Source: a virus. From it: DNA of 62,284 nt. Positions within the stretch are counted from its first letter, which is position 1. The number at the start of each line of letters is the position of its first letter. Below the pieces are notes generated by a model. The model saw nothing but the letters and a program-made list of their open reading frames with translations. It had not been told where the DNA came from and did no database searches. Shown piece after piece: positions 17,174 through 25,800 of the stretch. The translations under genes were made by a program, and so were the position numbers. The stretch covers positions 1 through 62,284 of the IMG/VR virus record IMGVR_UViG_2919730853_000001, one strand, 5' to 3'.

Positions 17174-17791
17174 GTGGCTGATTTATATGCAAACTTTGAA
17201 GCATTGCGAAAAGCGAATGTTTATCAGACAGATTACAATATCCGTTTTGGGATGCGTAACTCTAAGATAACTTTCTTCGCTATTCATGGAGGCGGTATTG
17301 AGGCAGGCAGTTCTGAATTAGCTATTTATTCGGCTGGTACTGAACACTCTTACTATTGCTTTGAAGGATTCAAGGCTAGTAATAATACTGATCTTCACAT
17401 CACTAGTACTAATTTTGATGAACCTAACGGATTAGCAGTCGTGAGTCAAGGACATTATCTTGTCTCTTATCACGGCTATTCTAGTTCAACTAAGAACACC
17501 AAAATTGGTGGACTTGACTTAGCCTTAAAAAAGCTAATCCAAAATGAGTTAATCGCTGCTGGATATACATGCGAAATCGAACCTGACGATAGTTCTATCA
17601 CTGGTCAAGAACCTGATAACATCGTAAACATTGGACGCAGAGGCATGGGAGTTCAACTAGAAATTTCCACAGCACAGCGAAACGCATTCTTTGGAACTAA
17701 CACACGGGCACAACGTATGGCAACAATTAATGACGAATTCAAAAACTATGTTGCTTGCGTCATGCGTGCATTAGATAAATACGTACAGTAA
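17174..17791 (+). CDS. pghP: Poly-gamma-glutamate hydrolase (PghP / UPF0714 family)
   Basis: FAIHGGGIEAGSSELA, LHITSTNFDEP, VSYHGY and GMGVQLEIS motifs. GTG start after GGAGGA. Confidence 0.7.
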   Translation: MADLYANFEALRKANVYQTDYNIRFGMRNSKITFFAIHGGGIEAGSSELAIYSAGTEHSYYCFEGFKASNNTDLHITSTNFDEPNGLAVVSQGHYLVSYHGYSSSTKNTKIGGLDLALKKLIQNELIAAGYTCEIEPDDSSITGQEPDNIVNIGRRGMGVQLEISTAQRNAFFGTNTRAQRMATINDEFKNYVACVMRALDKYVQ

Positions 17792-17795
17792 GGTG

Positions 17796-17857
17796 AACTA
17801 AAGTTGACCTTGTTTTGTCATGTACATTACATCGCAAGACATTGCACGACTTTAGTT
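17796..17857 (+). other. Long intergenic hairpin (arms AACTAAAGT/ACTTTAGTT) with TGTACATTACA in the loop
   Basis: Read directly. A related element lies at 29235..29269. Confidence 0.5.
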
Positions 17858-17927
17858 TAACTTATTGCATATTAAGTTTAACTTAGTAGTCTTATAAATT
17901 AACTAAATTTCAGGAGGAAATACACCA

Positions 17928-18212
17928 ATGGCAAACGTAGAACGAGGACTTGTAACAATTACTTTAGACAAAGAGAGAACATTAAAATTCACTTTAAACA
18001 CATTAATTGATGTTGAGGATTCAATTGGATTTTCACTATCTAAGTTAGGTGACAACATTTCTATTCGTGTAATGCGTACTTTATTAACTGCTGGCTTACG
18101 CCACGAAGATAAAGACCTTACAGAAGAAATGGTAGGGGAGTACATTACTATGGATAACATGGAAGAGGTACAAGAAGCTTTAGCTAAGGCTATGGGCGAT
18201 ACAAAAAACTAA
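17928..18212 (+). CDS. Tail assembly chaperone (gpG-like)
   Basis: 94 aa directly upstream of the tape measure module. Ends at the slippery site A AAA AAC TAA. Confidence 0.7.
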   Translation: MANVERGLVTITLDKERTLKFTLNTLIDVEDSIGFSLSKLGDNISIRVMRTLLTAGLRHEDKDLTEEMVGEYITMDNMEEVQEALAKAMGDTKN

Positions 18213-18562
18213 AGTGGAGTGAGGTAAAGAATTTGGGTTATGGTCTTTTAGGACTTCTACCTGAACAGCTTTTCTCACTCACTATAGTTGAGTTTTGGGA
18301 CATGGTGAACGCTAAAATGCTTCACAACTATGTCATAGAAGATCGTGAAATGGAACGCCTTGCATGGCAGTCTTCATTACTTATGTCTGCTACAGGCAAC
18401 TTCGGTAAAAAAGGCGTTAAGCCTAAGAAGTTGTTTGAACGACACTTCGACGACATGGGTAATGTTATCAGTAAGAATGAGGGTCAAGGGGTATTTACCT
18501 CTATTGATAAAGAAGTTAAAGACAATAAGCTGAATGAGTTAATCGCAAAATTTAATAAGTAA
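17928..18562 (+). CDS. Tail assembly chaperone G-T fusion (made by a -1 frameshift at 18203..18209)
   Basis: Canonical siphovirus G/GT arrangement. The downstream ORF has only a TTG start and is in the -1 frame. Confidence 0.65.
18203..18209 (+). promoter_or_regulatory. Programmed -1 ribosomal frameshift slippery heptamer A AAA AAC
   Basis: The heptamer is in the correct phase. The -1 frame stays open from 18203 into the 18233..18562 ORF. Confidence 0.7.
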
Positions 18563-18635
18563 TTTCCTAGGGTGGCTAAAGTTGAATAATTCTACTTTGG
18601 TCACTCTTTTTTTCTTTATATAAAGGGGTGAAGAT

Positions 18636-21389
18636 ATGGCAAAACTGGCTGATATTTTGGTTTCGTTAACACTAGAAACTAAAGACTTCAATAGAAGATT
18701 AAACATTGTAGCAAAGAACATTGAGAAATTAAGTGCTTCAGTCGCTACAGCAACCACTACATTAGAGTCCACGGTACAAACCTCTACTGACGGAATGGCT
18801 ACGGGACTAGGAACTGTAGGTACTGCAATGGAACGCATGGAGTCTATTATTCAAGAAACTACGGGAACTGCTTCAGGTAGCTTTCAACGAATGGGCGAGT
18901 CCTCTAGTTCAATGACTAGGCGACTAGGGACAGATATGCAAAGCAGTTACAAGATACTTAAACAGGCAAACAAAGAATTCGAAAACTTCTCAATGGTGGG
19001 GCGAAGAGTTTCACAAGAGATTAAAGACGAATTCTCCGCATTACCTTCTCACTTACAAAGATACGTACAGACATTACGTGAGGCAGGAAAGTCTACACAA
19101 GGCTTTGCCGTATTGAACCAACAATACAGTCAAAGAATCATAGCTAGTATGAGTCAAGCAAATGATGTACTACAGGCAAAAACTACACAGTCTACAAAAT
19201 TGATGCAGTCATTTGCACAGAACACTAACCTAGCACCGTTAACAAACGGATTCTTAGCGTTGGGGAATCGAATGGAAGAGGCAGCGAAAAGGGGAACACT
19301 CCTTAATATTGCGTTGCAGCGAATTGGTCCGAACGCTTCACTGAAAGACCTGAACGACCAATTAAACTTCCTGTCACAAGGGCTTGCCCGTGCTAGAGGT
19401 GCTTTCCTTGTATTCGGTGTAGCTTCATTAGTTGCCTGGGGTGGAATGATTATGCTTGCATCTGCCGTAGATGAACGGGTAAATCCAGCCTTTGAAAGAA
19501 TGAAGAAGCATTTAATAGATGCATTTATGCCTTTCATTACTTCCTTTGCTACGGCAATGGTAGTCGTAATGAACTTTGTTACTCAATTAGCTGATATGAT
19601 TGGCAAATTCTCCGAAGCAAATCCATTGATCTTTCAGATGATTATGTGGATTGGAATGTTAACTACAGTGTTCGGGACTTTACTTGCACCATTGGCTTTC
19701 ACTGGTATAGCAGCAGAAGGTGTTGCTGCTTCATTCACAGCACTATGGGCAATCATCGGACCATTTGTTTTAGGCTTCCTAGCAGTAATCGGAATAGCTG
19801 TTGCGTGTGCTGCGGCCTTTGTTGGTTTATGGGTTGCTATTCAGCAATTATGGACTAACTCAACTACGTTTGCATCTGCATTTACGAATCTATGGAACGG
19901 CATCAAAGCAGCAGTAATGGATAATTTCCTTACTCCGGTTATGGGTGCTTTTGGAAATCTAAAGTTGGCATTTACAGATTTAGTTGCAAGCTTTACTGGT
20001 GGGTCAACTACTATGTCTAGCTTGTGGACGACGTTAGGGAATGCAATCGGATTAATAGTCGGAAATATCGCTGACGTGGTACTTCCATTATTCCGTTCAG
20101 CTATGACGAACCTAGGTAACGCAGTAGCTTCAGTAGTTAATGTAGTTACGGCTGGTGTTCAATGGATGGGTCAAGCGTGGCAAAATCACTCTTCTACTAT
20201 CCTACCAATCTTAACAACTATTTGGAATGCGGTACTTACAGCCTTCCAAGGAATTTCTAGTTTCATACAGTCAATCATGCCTCAAATTATTGACATTGCA
20301 TCAAACGGGTGGGACTTAATCAAGAGTGCAATTGACTTTACTATGAAGTACATTGCACCGGTTGTAGTTGCAGCATTTAAGATTATTTGGCAAATAATTC
20401 AATTCGTTATGCCTATGGTACTGTCAATAATTGTCGGTACATGGAATAATATTAAGTCTGTAATCACTTCAAGTATTGCAATTATTAACAATGTAATTCA
20501 GTTATTTTCCAATATCTTGAAAGGGAATTGGAAGGGTGCATGGGACAATGTAAAAAATATCCTGAAGAACGCCCTTATTCTAATTTGGAACTTAGTGCAA
20601 TTGTACATGCTTGGTAAACTCCTTGCACCACTACGAGGTTTTGCAAAGACAGGACTTTCACTAGTCAAGTCGGCATGGAACGGAATAAAGACAGCAATTT
20701 CGTCGGTTCTAAAATATCTGAAATCTTTCATAGTTAACGTATGGCAGGCGATAACTTCAAGTCTTCGAGGAAGCTTTACGGGTATCAAAAACCTTGCAAC
20801 CACAACGTTTAACGGATTGAAAACTGCCGTGATGAATGCCTTTAACGCAGTAAAGAGTGGGGCTACAAGAGTTTGGAATGCGGTAAAATCTGCCATCGAA
20901 AAACCAGTACAGAAGGCTAAGTCAACTGTCCTGAAAATCGTGAAGGAGATTGTAAGTGCCTTTGCTAGAATGAAGATTTCAATACCTAAATTCAAACTGC
21001 CACACGTTGATGTAGGGTCAAAGTCTTTCCTTGACGGTAAAGTAAAAGTACCTACATTCAAAGTTAGTTGGCACGCAAAAGGTGGTATCTTCAACGCTGC
21101 TACATTGTTAGGCGGTGGACAGCATGGCGTAGGTGAGGCTGGCAATGAAGCTGTAATGCCAATACAACACAAGCGTTATATGAAACCGTTTTCAGATGCA
21201 GTCGCTGAGAATCTTATGAAGAATGGACAGTCTTCTAAACAAAATGCTGGTGCGAACCAGTATATCATTCAGTTTAATGAACCTGTATATATCAGGGAAG
21301 AAGCTGATATTAACAAGATTGTCAAAGAAATGGAAAAGAAACAAAGAATCGCTGAACGTGCAAAAGGTACTTTCTCTTACGCTAAGTAA
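18636..21389 (+). CDS. Tape measure protein
   Basis: 917 aa. Helical N-terminus, central multi-TM hydrophobic block and repetitive helical C-terminus, in the expected position. Confidence 0.85.
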   Translation: MAKLADILVSLTLETKDFNRRLNIVAKNIEKLSASVATATTTLESTVQTSTDGMATGLGTVGTAMERMESIIQETTGTASGSFQRMGESSSSMTRRLGTDMQSSYKILKQANKEFENFSMVGRRVSQEIKDEFSALPSHLQRYVQTLREAGKSTQGFAVLNQQYSQRIIASMSQANDVLQAKTTQSTKLMQSFAQNTNLAPLTNGFLALGNRMEEAAKRGTLLNIALQRIGPNASLKDLNDQLNFLSQGLARARGAFLVFGVASLVAWGGMIMLASAVDERVNPAFERMKKHLIDAFMPFITSFATAMVVVMNFVTQLADMIGKFSEANPLIFQMIMWIGMLTTVFGTLLAPLAFTGIAAEGVAASFTALWAIIGPFVLGFLAVIGIAVACAAAFVGLWVAIQQLWTNSTTFASAFTNLWNGIKAAVMDNFLTPVMGAFGNLKLAFTDLVASFTGGSTTMSSLWTTLGNAIGLIVGNIADVVLPLFRSAMTNLGNAVASVVNVVTAGVQWMGQAWQNHSSTILPILTTIWNAVLTAFQGISSFIQSIMPQIIDIASNGWDLIKSAIDFTMKYIAPVVVAAFKIIWQIIQFVMPMVLSIIVGTWNNIKSVITSSIAIINNVIQLFSNILKGNWKGAWDNVKNILKNALILIWNLVQLYMLGKLLAPLRGFAKTGLSLVKSAWNGIKTAISSVLKYLKSFIVNVWQAITSSLRGSFTGIKNLATTTFNGLKTAVMNAFNAVKSGATRVWNAVKSAIEKPVQKAKSTVLKIVKEIVSAFARMKISIPKFKLPHVDVGSKSFLDGKVKVPTFKVSWHAKGGIFNAATLLGGGQHGVGEAGNEAVMPIQHKRYMKPFSDAVAENLMKNGQSSKQNAGANQYIIQFNEPVYIREEADINKIVKEMEKKQRIAERAKGTFSYAK

Positions 21390-21431
21390 GGGCGAGTGCC
21401 TTTTCTTTTTATCTAAGAAAGGGTGACTTGA

Positions 21432-22877
21432 ATGTTAAAATTCGCTGGCGTAGAAATGCCAAGCTATTTGAAATTAAATAAATTAACTTACTCTGTGCTA
21501 CCTACAATCGACCCAAAAACAGAAAAGGTTTACGGGCGAAACGGTGAGTATGACTTTGGTATTGAAGTTGGTACTAAAACTATTAAAGCTGAAGTTCAAC
21601 TTATCGGTGACGGTGGGAACGACATTATTACTAAGGCACGTGATCTAGCTTCATGGCTGTTCTATTCTGACTTACAACCGTTAATCATTGACGATGAACC
21701 GGACAAACAATACATGGCAAGAATCGTTAACGACACTGAAGTTGACGAGGTGTTTCGTGTTGGTACAACTACTTTAGAGTTCCTTGTTCCTAGTGGCATG
21801 GCTGAAGCTATTACTGATACTACATTTAGTATTAGTCCTAGTACTACAGACCCCTTTACAGTCACTAATAATGGTGGAGTTGATGCTTACCCTGTTATCG
21901 ATTTAACAATGAAACAGGACTCTACTTCTATTGCTTTAATTGCAGAAGACAAGTTTGTGCTGCTAGGTCAAAGTGCTGATGTAGAACGAACTTCTGTAGC
22001 TGTTGACCCTCTAGTTTTAACTGACACATTCTCTTCTTATAGTGGATGGAGTACAGCAAGTAACGTAGATGGGGGCGTAGTGACTGGTTCGTTCTCTTCA
22101 AACGGTTCTCGACTTTCGCAATCGGGTAATGATTTCGGCACTGGAACGACATGGAAGGGTGCAAGTGCTATCAAGTCCCTATCCCGTGCAATACAGGACT
22201 TTGAAGTAGAGACACTTGTAGGACTAGACAGTGATGCAGTATCACAGATAGGACGTGTTGAGGTTTACTTATTAGATGCGAACAACACACAACTGGGTAA
22301 GATTGCCATTAAGGACATGGCGAGTGAAGGTGAATATCCTATGGCAGAAGCACGTGCTGGTGCTTTAAGTGGGGGTAAATATTTCGTTCAATCTTATGGA
22401 GATAAGAAAGGCGTATATGCTAACTTCGCTGGAATGATGCGTATTTCTCGTAAAGGAAAAAGATGGAGTGCGTACTTTGCAAAAGTGGACACTAAAGGAA
22501 ATCACACTACACGTATGTACAAAGAATGGTACGACTCTTCTAGTCTATTCACTACCAAACTTGCAAAAATTCAGATACACATTGGTGCATTTAATGATAG
22601 AACACCTGTAAAAACTATGTATCTCGAAGACCTAAAAGTAAGAGAGTTAACAAGTGGCACGGTAGATAATTCGACGCAAGTTCCTATTATCTTCAAGTCG
22701 GGCGACGTTGTAACTATCGATAACGAAAAAGCTATCGTGCTAAAGAACGGTGAACCTATCTTCTATTACTTAGACCCGTCTTCTGACTTCCTTAGTCTAA
22801 AGAAAGGGGATAACGGTCTCATTCTTTCTCCTGCAATAGCTAACGTATCCATTCGATTTAGAAAAAGGTGGTTATAA
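21432..22877 (+). CDS. Distal tail protein (Dit, Sipho_tail-like) with a C-terminal extension
   Basis: 481 aa directly after the tape measure gene. The N-terminus MLKFAGVEMPSYLKLNKLTYSVLP is typical. Confidence 0.65.
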   Translation: MLKFAGVEMPSYLKLNKLTYSVLPTIDPKTEKVYGRNGEYDFGIEVGTKTIKAEVQLIGDGGNDIITKARDLASWLFYSDLQPLIIDDEPDKQYMARIVNDTEVDEVFRVGTTTLEFLVPSGMAEAITDTTFSISPSTTDPFTVTNNGGVDAYPVIDLTMKQDSTSIALIAEDKFVLLGQSADVERTSVAVDPLVLTDTFSSYSGWSTASNVDGGVVTGSFSSNGSRLSQSGNDFGTGTTWKGASAIKSLSRAIQDFEVETLVGLDSDAVSQIGRVEVYLLDANNTQLGKIAIKDMASEGEYPMAEARAGALSGGKYFVQSYGDKKGVYANFAGMMRISRKGKRWSAYFAKVDTKGNHTTRMYKEWYDSSSLFTTKLAKIQIHIGAFNDRTPVKTMYLEDLKVRELTSGTVDNSTQVPIIFKSGDVVTIDNEKAIVLKNGEPIFYYLDPSSDFLSLKKGDNGLILSPAIANVSIRFRKRWL

Positions 22878-22880
22878 TTA

Positions 22881-25800
22881 ATGATTTACATTTTAGATAG
22901 AACACAGACTACAGTAGGGGTTGCCAGTAATGGTAGCCCTCTTTCTATGCCCTATTTTGCAGATAAACACACGGAGTCTTTGGACGATGTAAGTACTTAT
23001 GAGTTTAGCGTTCCTTCTGACCATGAAACTGCTGACCTCCTGCAAGTTGAGGGACATATCATAATTAGGGACTTGGACGGGAATAACATCCTCTTCACTA
23101 TTAAGGAAGTTCAGGACGGAAGAGATTCAGGAAAGAAGATCAAGACAGTCTTTGCGGAAAACACTGCTGTTACTGAATTACTTAGCGACGTTCAGCGTCC
23201 TATGACAATGAACTCTACAACTGTAACTGCTGCCGTTAATGCGGTTATGGCTAACTCTGGAACATGGCAAGTTGGTACTATCGAAGACGACAACTTTAGT
23301 ATTGACTTTAGTATTGACGACCATACTACAGTCTTGGATGCATTACAACAAATCAGAACGGCATTTAACGTTGAAATGTATTACACAGTAGACTTAGTTG
23401 GAACTCAACTAGTGAATAAGAAAGTTCACTTTGTAGAAAAGCGTGGACTTGCTACAGGAGTACGGTTTGACTACTCATATGACTTAATCGGTGTAAGTCG
23501 TACTGAAAATAGTGAACAGATTGTAACCGCACTTGTAGCCGTGGGTAAAGGTGATGATGCTAGTACTCGTGTTGACCTTACTAGCCTGGGCGATTTTACG
23601 GAAGGTGAGTTTTACCACAACCAAGGAACGGACTGGATTGCCTCCACAATCGCATTAAATAATTGGGGCTTCAATGGTAAGCATAGATTCGGTGTGTTCA
23701 TCGATGATGAATCCGAAACGGTAGAACGATTGAAAGAAAGAACAATGAAGGAACTTGCAGACCGTTCACAACCTGTACTGACATATTCAGCAAGTGTAGC
23801 TAACTTGGAACGTATCACTGGATATGAAGCTAAGAAACTTCGACTAGGTGACACTATCATAGTTAATGATAAGTCATTCTCTACGCCTATCGTTGTCGAA
23901 GCTAGGGTGAAGCAACTAGTTCGTTCATACACAAATCCTTCAGACGACGAAGTGGATTTAGGGAACTATGTACCTCTTGAATTATGGGTAGACCCACGTA
24001 TTAAAGCATTGCAACAAAAGATCAGTATGAATGAGGCTTTATGGGGTTCTTCAGGTGAGTTAATTATTAAACAACCTACTCAACCTACGGGCACATTCAA
24101 TGACGGTCAATTATGGTTGAATACGGACACTAATGTAATGATGCGTTATAACGCTTCTACTGGTACTTGGGAGAAAGTAACCCGTGAAGACTTCGCTGAT
24201 TTAGCTGGACAAGCTACAGAAAGTCAAATCGCTAACGATGCAATTACCCGTGATAAGCTAATCGACGGTGCTGTGACGGGTTCGAAGCTAGGTAACGGTT
24301 CTGTAAGTGAGGTTAAAATTCGTGACCTTTCCGTGACTTCAGCTAAGATAGCACAAGCAGCGATTCAGGCGGCCCACATAGACCAATTAGCTGTAGGCAC
24401 TGCTGCTATTCAGGATGCGAGTATTACTCAGGCAAAGATAGGTAACTTGCAAGTAGGTACTGCACAGATAATGGATGCTGCTATCAACAATGCTAAAATT
24501 GCTACTGCTGCAATTGGTTCAGCTAACATCATTGACGGTAACATTACTAATGCGAAGATAGCTAATGCATCGGTGGACACTGCTAAGATAAAAGATGCTT
24601 CTATTACAAACGCTAAGATTGACCGTGCATCGGTGAACAAGCTTGTAGTAGACACTGCTGACATTAAAGACGCAAGTATTACTAATGCAAAAATTGCTAA
24701 CCTTGCCGTGTCTTCAGCACAGATACAAGATGCTAGTATCACAAATGCAAAGCTAGGAAACGCTTCGATAGACAATGCAAAGATTCAGAACGCTAGTATT
24801 TCCACTGCAAAGATTCAGACGGGTGCAATTGACACAGGTTTAATCAAAGACGGTGCGATTACTTCAGCTAAAATCATGGATGCTGCTATCGGAACAGCAC
24901 AAATTGCTGACGCTTCTATCGTGGATGCAAAAATCGGAAACATTTCAGCTAATAAGATTTCTACCGGAACTCTTGACGCTGACAAGGTAACGATTAAGAA
25001 CTTGAAAGCTGACTCTATTGTTGCTGGTGCGTTAACTATTGATGGTGTCAATTACATCAAGAATGCAAAGCTACTGAAACCTACGGGTTCGGATTGGTAT
25101 TTTGCAACTGGTGTTAGTGTTGATACTAGTACTACATTTGATGGCAATGCTAGTATTAAAAACATTCAGTCCGGTCTATCGGCTGATACTTGGACGAATG
25201 CAATTTACTACTACAAGAACACGCCAACCACGGAAGGGCAAGCTTGGGTAGCTTCTGTTTACACAATGACCGACGATGTATCATCGTTCGATAACGGGGC
25301 TAAAATGAACATCGATTTCATGGACGCTGGTGGTTATCGTATTGCAGGATTCCCAACAGTGCAAGTTGTTCCTTCTAAGAATAATGAATGGCAAAGATTC
25401 ATTCTAACGGGGATCGCACCAGCTAATACGGCTTATGTTCGTATTCAAGTCTACATCGTTCGTAACGGTAGATTATGGTTCGCTAAACCAATGTTACAGA
25501 AAGGGCAAATCGCTTCTGAATGGAAACCTTCTACTGATGAATTGATTTCTGATGGTGCTATCGATAACAGTAAGTTAGCTGACAATGCCGTGGATTCAGA
25601 TGTATTGCAAGATAACTCTGTATCGAATAGTAAGGTACAAAACCAAGCTATCGACACTGCGAAAATCAAAACTGCTGCTATCACGACTGCTTTAATCGCT
25701 GATGCTAGTATCACTAATGCTAAAATTATGGACTTGTCTGTTTCTAGTGCAAAGCTTATTGATGCAAGTATCACTACTGCGAAGGTGGGCGATGCACAGA

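Noticed and set aside
19154-21172. - strand ORFs 19154..19537 and 20498..21172 inside the tape measure gene
   Set aside because: They are embedded antisense in a well-supported 917-aa gene and have no RBS or recognisable motifs.
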